Shown: positions 50,529 to 61,810 of the stretch, one piece after another
Numbering within the stretch: the stretch's first letter is position 1
Layout: every line of letters starts with the position of its first letter
Source of the DNA: Callorhinchus milii
Lineage: Eukaryota
Assembly: GCF_018977255.1 (NCBI RefSeq)
Contig: NW_024704743.1
Coordinates: 114,082,001-114,146,000, forward strand
DNA length: 64,000 nucleotides
Direction of reading: 5' to 3'
Notes under the pieces: model-generated
The model's database searches: none
The model's input: the letters and a program-made list of their open reading frames with translations, nothing else
Told to the model about the DNA's origin: nothing
Position numbers and translations under genes: made by a program

Positions 50529-50904
50529 GTAAATGAATCATTTTGATTCTCATCTGACTTGGTAAATGTTACTTTTCCTTGTACTGTATGTAACCCAGTG
50601 ATGTATATTCCATCAAGAATTATATCTACAGTATTGTTTATTATGCAGGTAAAATGAATCATTTTACACTTCAAGTTTCCTTCCTAACTAAACAGGGCAG
50701 GGTAATTTTAATTACCAACCAAAAGATGTTTTCGAAGACCTGAAATTGCTCATTGTCTTAACCTGGAGATAATTGTCATAAAATTTAAGATGGGGCAGGA
50801 TTTGGGAAATTCTTAATTTGCAAACTGGTTTTCTGCAGTGCTTAAAATGCGGAGTGAGAGAAGAGACAGAGAGAGACACACACACACAGAAATACATAGA
50901 GACT

Positions 50905-51170
50905 TGATGTGCCCGTCTGCCTGTTCAGGTGGACGTTAAAGATGGTACTATTCTAAAAGAGAAGAGAGTTTCTCTCAGTGTCCTGGCCAACTCCAAATAA
51001 ACAAAATTGGTCATGCAGTCCAAGGCTGTTTATGGGACGTTGCTGTGTGCAAAATTGGCTGTTGTGTTTGCCCACACAAAAACAGTCACTCCACTTTACA
51101 GTGTATCTTGTGAAGTGCTTTGGGTGTCCTCCTGACATGAAAGGTGCTATATCAAATGCAAGGATTATTG
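50905..51170 (+). mobile_element. DeuSINE 3' half
   Basis: CCGTCTGCCTGTTCAGGTGGACGTTAAAGAT..GTGTCCTGGCCAAC.. plus tail. Confidence 0.85.
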
Positions 51171-51600
51171 TATCTGAACTGCTGTCATATCCACAATAAG
51201 GCTGTTCCCAATAAGTGTGGATATCAAAGTCTCCACTGTAATTCACTAACCTGTCTTGTCTTCTCGGTACAGGAGATGTTTCCCTATTTCAGGACTAGTT
51301 CAGTTGACCTGCAGTGAAACAGTTATCACTGTTTCATAAAGTTTGTGAAACATAATGTTCAGGTGTGTTGCAAATCGCAGCACAACTTGTTTTTCTAACT
51401 GCAAAAAACTTGTATTGCAATGAGAAGCAAAACGAGTGTTCGTTCTGGTATTGTTTATAATTGTGCCTCAGCAAGCTCTAGCAGATTCTCACCATGATGT
51501 TACCTTTTGTTCTTCCCACCTGCCGTCCCCCCTCACCTCCATCCCTCCCTCCTTCTCCCCCACCCCACCACACCCCACCCACCCGTTGAAATTGTTGCAG

Positions 51601-51824
51601 GTGGAGCGGATTCTTACTTTGTTCAATCTCCATGTTCCTGGTCATAGTCCCCATGTTCATGTTCCCTAAAAAGCTCCCACCTCGGCAGAGGAAGAAAAAG
51701 AAAAAGAAAATGGTCTCGGAGGATTCCAGCAGCGACGACGATGTGATGAAAGAGAAATCCAACAGCAAAGGACATGGAAAGAGACCGGTCTCCTCCTCTA
51801 TGGGGTTCAGTAAAGACATTAAGG
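51601..51824 (+). CDS. SLCO5A1: SLCO5A1 coding exon (224 nt)
   Basis: Acceptor ttgcAG. Reads (W)WSGFLLCSISMFLVIVPMFMFPKKLPPRQRKKKKKKMVSEDSSSDDDVMKEKSNSKGHGKRPVSSSMGFSKDIK, including the poly-Lys cytoplasmic loop typical of SLCO5A1. Donor G|GTACGT. Confidence 0.96.
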
Positions 51825-51850
51825 GTACGTTTCCTGTGCTGTCTCATTTT

Positions 51851-51893
51851 GCTTCTCGGCCTTTTGGCTAACATCAAGTGTAGTATTAGTTCT
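51851..51893 (+). pseudogene. U2 snRNA 5' fragment (about nt 4-46)
   Basis: GCTTCTCGGCCTTTTGGCTAACATCAAGTGTAGTATTAGTTCT versus vertebrate U2 GCTTCTCGGCCTTTTGGCTAAGATCAAGTGTAGTATCTGTTCT: 40/43 identical. Includes stem I and the branch-point recognition sequence GTAGTA. Confidence 0.9.
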
Positions 51894-52238
51894 GTGGAGT
51901 CCTGTAGCTTAGTGGTTAGAGCATTCACCTCGCAAGTGAGAGACCTGGGTTCAATTCCCGGCAGGGCGAAATGTTGGGCAAGTTTCCTTACTCTACAGCC
52001 TCTGTTTACCTAGCAGTAAGTAAGAACCCGATTGTTAGTCAATTGGCGGATCACTTTTCTGGGGATAATAATATATTACACAATATATTTTGTGTTTGTG
52101 GGACACTGCTGTGTGCAATTAGCTGCCGCGTTTTGCCCACAAAATATACAGTCAATTCCCTTTACAGTATATTCTGTGAAACACTTTGAGACGTCTCAAA
52201 GACTGATAAGGTGCTATATCAAATGCAAGGATTATTAT
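51893..52238 (+). mobile_element. tRNA-headed CORE-like SINE, full length, abutting the U2 fragment
   Basis: TGTGGAGTCCTGTAGCTTAGTGGTTAGAGC..GGGTTCAATTCCC..tail ATCAAATGCAAGGATTATTAT. Confidence 0.92.
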
Positions 52239-53239
52239 CATAATTAGGTCACCCACACAACATCACAACAACAACTTTATTTATATAGCAGCCGTCATGC
52301 AGGATAGCGTCTCAGAACACTGAAACACAAACAGTGCCTGTCCTTTCAAACAGGTGGGTTGTGGTTTTACTGAGGCAGCAGTCAGGGAAACAATTGACTA
52401 GTCTTATAACCAAAATGATACGTCATGTGAACATTCTCAAAATGGAGAATTATGTGGGTATTGAGAGTTGGCTTCTGATCAGCAATTAATTCTTTGCGTG
52501 AGATGTGTATTTAAAGTCAGCTCTTTGCTCGTGCCATCTGGTTTCAAAAGAAAGGGAAACTCAGAAACCATTCTGTAAGTAAACAGTCATGTGACATAGC
52601 TGGGTTTGCTTCACAAGTATCTTTTGGATGTATAAGATCATCCGTGTTTTGTACATGTCCTTGGATTCAGCCTTTTCAATTTGAAATTGAAATTGAAAAG
52701 ATTGAATCTCATGACATGTACAAAACAAGTCCGGCTTGAAACCTCCTTTACCTGAGTTGCTTAGTCTTGTTTTCCTAGGGTTCTATCATATGTCGATCAC
52801 TAAAAATAGTTATCTTTTCATTTCTTGTTTATAATGGGCCTGTGTGTGTGTATCTGTGTCTGTGTGTGCTCCTCTGTGTCTGCTTGCCTACGTGTTTACG
52901 TGCCTGTGGGTGTGTGTCTATGTTTATATGCCTGTCCAACATGAAGCCCTGTGAAAAGAGTACCATTAATTTTCCTGTCAAACGGATGCTAAATATTCAG
53001 TGTTCGTGGTGCGTAGGAGTGGCAGAGCCAGAGGCAAGAGACACAGAGTATGATGCAAGCAAACCTGAGGAGGCGGAGAAAATAACTCACAAAATACAAG
53101 GTTTAGAAGGGATCAGCCTAGGAATATTCACCAATGTACAAGTAATTCACTGGCATCTAAATATTTGCGGGATTTCCATTCGAAGCAGTTGAAAGGAGTT
53201 ATATTGTTTGTAGGAATGGGGTCCAATTCCAAATGTTCT

Positions 53240-53735
53240 CAGATGTCATCATAGACTACCTTTCTGACTCCACCCTTGACTGGACCCGGGACCACAGACT
53301 GTCTGTCAGACATCAAATCCTGGATTAGTCGTAACTTTCTACAAGTAAACGTGAACTAAATTGAGGCTCTCCTGTTTGGCTTAAGTCAGCACCTCGTCAT
53401 CTCAAACGTAGGCTGTCTCAACCAGTTGCTCACTCCAACACACGGAACCTGTGCAGAACCTTGGTATTTGTTTGATCTCTGCCCTCCTTCAAGCTTTTTG
53501 TCCAGGCTCTGACCAAGTCCACTTTCCTCTATCTCTGCAATATTATCTGACTCTGCCACTGCCTCACCCTCAACATAGCCCAAACGCTCGTCCACACCAT
53601 GTCACCTCTAGACTCAACTTCTCCACCACCTTGCTCGCCATACTCTCCATCTCCACCCTCCACAAGTCCCAGATCAGCCTTCTTTCTTGCTTGGCACCCA
53701 ACCCCGTCACTTTAAGCACTCCAAGATGTTATCGT
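53240..53735 (+). mobile_element. Old L2 ORF2 fragment
   Basis: GACTGTCTGTCAGACATCAAATCCTGGATTAGTCGTAACTTTCTACAAGTAAAC (DCLSDIKSWISRNFLQVN); GTCACCTCTAGACTCAAC (VTSRL). Confidence 0.75.
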
Positions 53736-54959
53736 ACTTAAAAGATCTATGTAAATTAAACTTTTTACTGGTGTAATCCATTTTTGTATTAATAAGATGC
53801 ATTAAAATTCATTATCTCAAAAACCTGATGATTTGACTGACAAACATGGGCTTCATTGTTGACAGAACAATAATAATAATGATCCTTGCTTTTGATACAG
53901 GGCCTTATCTCGTCTGCAAGACCTCTCAACAAACTTCACAGAATATACTCTAAAGTGAATTGACTGCATATCATGCGGGCGAAACGCGGCAGCCAATTCT
54001 GTACAGCGATGTAATTATATGATATAATCAGATAATTCCTCTCTGCATTTCAGAGCATCTTCAGAGCATGTTTGATAATTAATACTTCATAGCTGCCTGG
54101 GCTAAAAAGAACTGTGTTTCAATTTGACACCAGTGAGGTCTCATTCATGAGATTTAATAAGAAATGTATCATTGTAACAGTCATTGTTTGATATAGTGCC
54201 ACATTACATCTCAAAGGACTTCATAGGATTTTAAAATGCAGAAACATGACATATGCCAATGTGCACACAGAGATGTCCCACAAACAGTTGCCCATGTTTG
54301 CCAGAAAGCCGTGGATCTCTGAACTGTTTTTTTTTCACATTTAAAGTTAAAGAGCAAAATAAAATCTTTCTGCTACATTTGATACCTTTGCAGGAAAATA
54401 CTACGATTAATAATATGGTCACTCAATCCACCAGTGTTTGTGGGACACTGCTGCAAAATTGGCTGCCACATTTCACCCACAAAATATCATTTACTACCAT
54501 TCTAGCTCCAATTGTTGATTATTCACTTTACAGTATATTCTGTGAAGTGCTTTGAAACGCCTCGAAGACATGATAAGGCGTTATATCTAACGCAAGGAAT
54601 ATTATTATTATTACCGTTGAAATTTCAGGAGTAGATCAACCCACTTCACCTGAGAGCCTCAGCAGATGGGCTATTTAACAGCCTTTTGTTCTCCATCAGT
54701 GGCTGTTGCTTTTATATAATTTACACAGTGCCACTGTGTGACGCTCTTACTAATTCCTCGGTTGCCGATTACATTCATAACAATAATATAATAATAAAGA
54801 GCACTAATAATCCTGCATTTCATTCATCACCATTCACATGAAGAGGATATCACAAAAAGCTTCAGAGGATATACCGTAAAGTACAGTGACCTTGTATTGT
54901 AGGTGAATGCAGAAACCAACTTGTGCACAGCAAAGTCCTACAGGATGACTCAAAGCGCC

Positions 54960-55310
54960 TGACAAGTCTACAGGCTGGGCACACGAGCTGGGGGTGGGTG
55001 AGGTGGAGGGAGCCGAGAGGTGTGGAGAGGGGAAAGATGATGATGGAGGGAAAAAGTTGAAGGATTCCAGAATGAAGATCCAGAGAGCAGGGGCAGAATG
55101 GCTGAATGCTCGCCTTACCAGAAGCAGGCTGCTACTGAGTGAAGGAAGTGGCTGGGTCAGTAGGGTTGAAGGAGTTGATAGAGACATGGTGGGGCAAGAC
55201 CATGGATTTGCTGAGAAAGAGGATCTTGACCTTGATCTGCTTGGATGGGGAGCCAATGGAGATGGGCAAGGATGGGGGTGACAGTCTCATGAGAACTGGG
55301 GCAACGCTGT
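54960..55310 (-). mobile_element. L2 3' fragment
   Basis: Minus-strand peptides ETVTPILAHLHWLPI..HGLAP and RAFSHSAPALW. Confidence 0.8.
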
Positions 55311-55374
55311 GGGGGAGAAGAAAAGCATGGAGTTAACCATCTGGGATCTGAAACAATTCCGGATCTATCTTTCA

Positions 55375-55500
55375 GAGGGGAGGGAATGTTGCCCTTACGT
55401 ACCTTGTGGATTCCTCTCATTATTTTAAACACTTCAATCCAATCCCCTCCCTTAATTACCCACAGTTCTAAAGAGTATAACCTCAGTCTACCCGATTTCT
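55375..55500 (-). mobile_element. CR1 ORF2 fragment
   Basis: Minus-strand LRLYSLELWVIKGGDWIEVFKIMRGIHKV. Confidence 0.75.
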
Positions 55501-56540
55501 CAATGTGATTGCCCAAAGGTACTTTTATTGCTCCTTGTCTTACAAAGGCCTAAATGGAAATCCTGTGGTGCAGGGATATAGGGACAAATCCCTTTGGGTT
55601 TTGTGGTGTTAAATTGCCAACACCATCCATGGAATGTAACTAGTAACGAAGGATGGCTATTATGTGTTCCAGGTGAGTTGTTCTACTTTTTATTTTGCTG
55701 TCCAACATTTCCTGATGTAAAGGAAACCAATAATATTACACTGGAGTTCACCGGAGGCCTGAAATTAATAGTTCACTGGAGGCCTGAAATTCCACCGAGT
55801 CTTAGCCTGTTTAGACTATTTTGTTGTAAAATGTAACATTTTGTCAAACTATGGAAAATACTTACATTTTTTCTTAATTTGGTTTGCAGTTCATTTTGGG
55901 AATTGCTTAAGACTAAGATTAAGGTGGTGTTTCTGGCTGTAAAAAAAGGCATTAATTTCATGTGATATCGAGCTCAGGAGTCAATGCCAGGGATTCTACT
56001 ACAGAAACTGTTTCCATTCCTGATGCGGGAGCTGAATGTCCAATGATTGTTGTCATTTCATCCACACTATGTAAAAACTCCTGTGTTAAATAACAAACCC
56101 TCCCTTAAATACCACACTTCCACCACTGAACATTGAAGTGGGGGATGGGATGGGGGGGAAATAACCAGTTAAAACAGTTCCTGCACTTGGGAACAATTGC
56201 AGTACAAAAGGATTTTCTCTTCTGCTCTCAGAAGCTGCCACTCCATCATCTCAATGCTTTGTAAATCTGCTTCACTGTAAGTCGTGCTGTTTTAAGCAAT
56301 AAGACAGTGGTTCTTACCCATTCCAGGAACTCTGGTGCTTACTCTTATTTGCGGAACTGACATTATAGTTCTTGTGTTTGTGTTGGACATTCAATATCCA
56401 AGCAGTCCTGTTGGGTATCCTTGATTCAGTTTGCTCAATGATGTGACCTTTGAAAAGGAATTCCTTAGCTTTGTGAAATAGATAATATTGTGAATGTTCC
56501 ACAAGCTCTTTTAAGCAAGCCATGCTGACATTGCCCACTA

Positions 56541-56930
56541 CAATTCCTGGCAGGGCGAAACGTTGGGTGGTTAGAGCACTCGCCTCGCAAGCGAGAGACC
56601 TGGGTTCGATTCCTGGGCAGGGCGAAATGTTGGGCAAGTTTCCTTACTCCATACGCCTCTGTTTACCTAGCAGTAAGTAGGAACCCAGTTGTTAGTCGAT
56701 TGGCGAATTGCTTTTCCGGGCGTAATAATTCCTTCCAAAAAAATAAATAATAATAAATTGGTCGCTAAAAAGTCACAACTGTTTGTGGGAAACTGCTGTG
56801 CGCAATTGGCTGCTGCATTTCACCCACAAAACATACATTCAATTCACTTTACAGTATATTCTGTGAAGCGCTTTGAGACACCTTGAAGATGTGATAAGGC
56901 GCTATATCAAATGTAAGGATTATTATTATT
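56541..56930 (+). mobile_element. CORE-like SINE with an extra copy of an internal 27-nt segment at its 5' end
   Basis: ATTCCTGGCAGGGCGAAACGTTGGG precedes GTGGTTAGAGCACTCGCCTCGCAAGCG..GATTCCTGGGCAGGGCGAAATGTTGGG. Confidence 0.88.
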
Positions 56931-57029
56931 ACAATGTACACACGTTAGCCACGGGGTTTCTTTATATCTCTAAAGTTGCTCCTCTCCACTATTGTGTCAT
57001 TCATGGTGTTTCTCTTGTCATTTTTATAG

Positions 57030-57194
57030 ATCTTCCTAAAGCAGCTATCAGGATCTTGAGCAACATGACATTCCTGTTTGTAAGCTTGTCGTACACAGCA
57101 GAGAGTGCCATCGTCACCGCTTTTATTACCTTCATCCCAAAGTTCATTGAATCTCAGTTTGGCATCCCAGCATCTAACGCAAGCATTTACACAG
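57030..57194 (+). CDS. SLCO5A1: SLCO5A1 coding exon (165 nt)
   Basis: Acceptor tttttatAG. Reads (D)LPKAAIRILSNMTFLFVSLSYTAESAIVTAFITFIPKFIESQFGIPASNASIYT. Donor G|GTAAGG. Confidence 0.97.
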
Positions 57195-58905
57195 GTAAGG
57201 TGTGCACATTAACCTTTTGGATTCCAAGTTATTTCTAGGAACAGAATGCCATGTCACGTCACACAATAAGTGTTGATAGGATTGTATGTCTGCAGATGGA
57301 TCAGTTGTAACCTCTGCCCTCTCCTGGAAATAACCAAAAAATGAACCCACTCTTCCTCTTCTGCTCCTTCCCCACACTCAGAACCAAATGTCCATGCAAT
57401 GGTTTCAGAAGTCATGCAAATCCCTTTATTATTAGAAAAATTGACTTTAACTACTGCCCTTATTGAGTAAAATTAATTTTTAGTGACATATGTGTCAACT
57501 TTGCTGAAGCGGTTTCCTATTCATTTTAAACCAGTGAAGGCATCGTTTGAATCGATGTTTATCAATGGCGAGTTGGCTTCAGGTTACCAGGGAAGTGCTT
57601 ATTGTTAATTTTTTTTATTTCACTGCACTCAGCTAGAGGCCAGTGCAACTTTCTATTGTGTAGAGAAGCTAGATAAAGTTACGCTCTAGATCACAGGGGA
57701 CAAAAAGATGTTTGCTTTTCCAGGGCTTTATGCTATTCATTTTTCATAAGATTCCATTGATCACCTTTCTCTGATGGATTTCAGCAAGTGATGCATGAAC
57801 AGTGAATAAGGCAAGGATAAATGAAACAACTGTAAATTCATAGACTTCCTCAGTGAAGGTCACCTTTCTGAATAGATTTCTTTGATAATATCCAATATTT
57901 GTTTGAAAAATCCGATGCCTCTAAACTGCTTATGACACACATTAATTAATTTTTTTGGGTCAGCTGAGTGACTGACATATACAGAAACCCATCATCATAC
58001 TTAAGAGTATCTAAACCAAACTGAGAATTCCATGTGTCCCACCTGCATGCATTTGATATATATCAAATGCAATGATTATTTTATCAGAGGTATTGTAAAG
58101 ATATAGAGAGAAATCCCACCTCTCTAATTGTTGAACTCAGTCCCAACTTTGAAATAATTTTGGTAGTCCTTAAAAGAAATTGACAGAAAACTGGCTTCTA
58201 AATTAAAGCTGTATTTAAGAATTTGCCAAATTCTGGACTCTTCAAAATCCTCTACAAATGGAGCCACTTCCAATTTCTCCCAAGAAATGTCCAGCAGAGT
58301 GTGAGGTATGGCAAAAACATAGTCGGCACACAAAAGACACTGTGGGGTAATTGGATGAGAATTCTATCCCTGTACTGTATATTACTTATAGTTTATACTG
58401 ATATTTTTGGTACTATTGTTGGATGCGCTGTCAGGTACAGGCAGATTGATAATGGTTTCTTCATTTGTAAAAATGGAGAATATCCTTAAAATGAAGGATT
58501 TCTTATCTTGGCATCATCTGTCACTTTGCGTGTTGCACACTGATAATCAGGAATTCACTCAGTGAACCTTCAGTTATCACTGAACGGTGTCTTCCATCAT
58601 TCACGTCTCAACCCATTTAAATGCAATCCCAAGAGAGTTTGAAATCTGTCTAATTTATGGAGTATGTTTACATGCAGTGCATCTGTTGACTTACATTAAT
58701 CATAATGTATCTTTATTGCAGCTACATTTTGTCTCATCATTTAAGCAATGCATTAAATGATACTTCATGGCCTGTGTTTTAATACACTTTGGGATGTCTG
58801 GGATCCTATACATTTGTATTATATTTAATATTGTATTTAACGTTTCAGCAAACGATCTCCATAAAGCTGCAACTTTGTAAGTCAGTGGTTTTACTGTAAT
58901 TGCAG

Positions 58906-59104
58906 GTGTGATCATTGTTCCCAGTGCTGGTGTTGGAATCGTCCTCGGCGGCTACATTATTAAGAAGCTTAAGCTGGGAGCTCGCGAATCGGCAAAGCTT
59001 GCCATGATCTGCAGCGGAGTCTCACTGTTGTGCTTCTCCACTCTCTTCATTGTCGGCTGTGAAACCATTAATCTAGGGGGCATTAACATACCTTACACTG
59101 CGGG
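58906..59104 (+). CDS. SLCO5A1: SLCO5A1 coding exon (199 nt)
   Basis: Acceptor ttgcAG. Reads (G)VIIVPSAGVGIVLGGYIIKKLKLGARESAKLAMICSGVSLLCFSTLFIVGCETINLGGINIPYTA(G). Donor GG|GTGAGG. Confidence 0.97.
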
Positions 59105-60526
59105 GTGAGGATTATTCATTTCTTATTTTGGAAAAATTCACCTCGGGTTAGAAATTCCACCTGGGTCTAGATTTAGTCTACTAATCCAGTATTTCAGGAC
59201 ATATTTGGCGGATAGTTAAATTCAGCCTTGATTTTGAATCCGTTTTTCTGTAAGTTTCTTTTGAGACCTAAGCTTACTTCAAAGTTAATTTGACAATTCT
59301 GGTCGTTCTGAAATGCTGTGTGAATCGAATAAATTCAGACCCAGGAGGAACTTTACCTCACTCTTGTTTATAACATCAAACTGTCTGTTAAAATAGTAAA
59401 CCGAGCCACAAGATACAGCCTTTTCCGTGGCAGATATAGAGTCAATAATTACACACAGTATTTCGTGAGGCTGTTTTTTGGAGAATTGACTGAATTTGCC
59501 CACACTGTACTCTATTAATTAATGGTCCAGGATTATTGTTATTTATACTGCTTTGTTATGTGGTAGCAGGTCAATTCCTTTGCTAAGTAAATCCAAGCTA
59601 AATGCCTCAAAGAACCTGTGCACAAACAGCTAATTGTGAGCCAAGGTCACTACTGATGAAATTTTATCTTTCATCTCAGTCACGCTCTGCGCCATTTAGC
59701 AAAGCGGGTTTGACATGTTGATTGTCAATCTCTGGATTCATGAATATCGAATCGCGAAATTCACAAAATGGTAAATTGCAAAAATCTGGAAAACTGGCAA
59801 ACTTTGAAAAAATCCCGGAGAACAGAACGCAATCCATTATCCAAGCGTTATGTGGGAGAGTAATTCATTGTGTGGGGCAGTGGGTCATCTCAACATTGTG
59901 TAGGAGAGTGGTTGATTTCACAAGGAAGTGGCACACTTGGTGAGAGTATCACTTGAGCAAGTAAAGCTCCTTGGGTCGGTAAGTTTAATGCACATTGACA
60001 ATGTGCGTGTTTGAGCAATGGGATTTACTGACATAGTCACACATCTTCAAAGTGAGTTAAACTTACTGAGACACTGAGCATGGTCTACGAGATGTAGAAT
60101 CAGGCTGTTGTATCATTAGTCTTTAACAAGGGGACTCATCCACTGTCAAAACCCAGAATGTGTGCTTCAGCTCGTAGCTTTGTCTTAACAGTTCATGCCA
60201 GCTTGCCCTGTGTTTAGGATGAGATCTAAATCCACCGAGTGCGGACAAGTGAGGATTAAATTGGAGCTGACAGCAATGCCGTGTAACAGGTGCTTCTTCA
60301 GTCATGAGAAAGATACGCAGCGTTTGTGAGCAGTGGAGCTTTCATGCTCAGAAATAACTCTGCTAGCATTTTTTTAAATAATCTTGCACAGACTAGTTGG
60401 GCCGAATGGCCTGTTTCCGTGCCGTGTCTTTGCATATAGTTTGAGCGGGTTGTGGGAGTGCAGGCTTGGTGCTTCTTTACAGAGAGGATTAATTGTATCG
60501 ATGGCTCCTCTTGTCTTTCCTTTCAG

Positions 60527-60686
60527 CCCGTCCCTCACAATGGCTCACAGGAACCTCACAGGCAGCTGCAACGTGAACTGTGGCTGTAGAATCCATGAGT
60601 ACGAGCCTGTCTGTGGATCAGACGGGATCACGTACTTCAGCCCATGCCTGGCTGGGTGCTCAAGTGTGGTCAATGAAAGCACAGGG
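60527..60686 (+). CDS. SLCO5A1: SLCO5A1 coding exon (160 nt), start of the extracellular Kazal-like domain
   Basis: Acceptor ctttcctttcAG. Reads PSLTMAHRNLTGSCNVNCGCRIHEYEPVCGSDGITYFSPCLAGCSSVVNESTG, with the Kazal-type PVCGSDGITY..PC motif. Donor GGG|GTGAGT. The gene continues beyond the window. Confidence 0.97.
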
Positions 60687-61810
60687 GTGAGTAGAGAAAG
60701 AAGGAGCATTGAACACCAGACTGACACTCCCAAATCACTGGCATTATCCCTCTACTGGACAATAGCCGGTGTGTTTTAACAGTTAGCAGCAACTGGCTGA
60801 AAGGCTTGATATGGTGTTTATAACAGTATTGTCAGTTTGACTGTATTCCAGCCATGCGATTAGATGCTATAAATAGGATCCAAGCCACTCAAAAAAGACA
60901 CCTTGTAATTTTTATAATAGCAACAGCAAGAACAATGTCACATTTATGCAGTCTTTCATGCTTTCATGTTGCGAGGACATCTCAATGCACTTCACAGAGT
61001 CGACTGGGAGCCCAAGCTGGGTTGGGGGGGAGACTGGGATGGGGCGCGGTGGGGGGAGGTTGAGGAAGGAAGGGGATAAAGGTGACTAAAAGTGAGAAGA
61101 TTTGCTGGCAGCTGCAGCGTTTTAAAAGTTATTTCTCCTCCCCCCACCGCCACTCCCCAATCCCAACCTGGTAACATCCTCTCACTAGTTCTTAGAATTC
61201 AAAACCGATCAGCTGCCTCGCTGACCTCAGCAGTCAGCCAATATCACAGGTTACACCATGAGAGGAGAGGGGAGCACTTGCTGGTAATGATGAAATGGAA
61301 AATGCAGTATGTGATGTGATAATTATCCCAAGTGATTATCTCCCCAATCCCCTTCCCTGCTGCAGGGGACTTTGCTTTGTTTTGTTTGCGCTCTAGTTGC
61401 TGCAGCACCTTGGGACGTTCTCCCGACATGAAAGGCGCTATACAAATGTAATATTGTATTGTATTGCAGCTATTGAGCCAAAGGGGCTGAGCTGGCTCTA
61501 AATGGCACTGAAACACTGGGATCTGTGCAGCGACAGGATTGAAAATGATACTGTCAGCTTAACAGCTGCAGAAGCAGACGGCTTTTGGATGGAGTCATTT
61601 TTATAACATCAGTGGGAGGGGGGAGGGGTGGTGGGGGTTGGGAAGTGGATTCAACCTTTCTATACAAACGGAACTTCCCTTTAGGCATCAGGTAGCCGTG
61701 TGGACTCAGTCTGTCAGGATTAAGCTACAATGGGGTAAAATTTCCGTTTAGCCTTACATGCTTCGCCTTTGGTGAAAGCCATAGACATGATTTCCGATTA
61801 TTATGACATT

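Noticed and set aside
51685..51710. Poly-lysine stretch resembling a nuclear localisation signal
   Set aside because: A similar basic run is a normal feature of the SLCO5A1 cytoplasmic loop; not novel.
51893..51970. tRNA-like sequences with A and B boxes (also at 4821, 56567 and in minus-strand copies)
   Set aside because: No pairing acceptor stem, and always followed by the same SINE body and tail, so these are SINE heads rather than tRNA genes.
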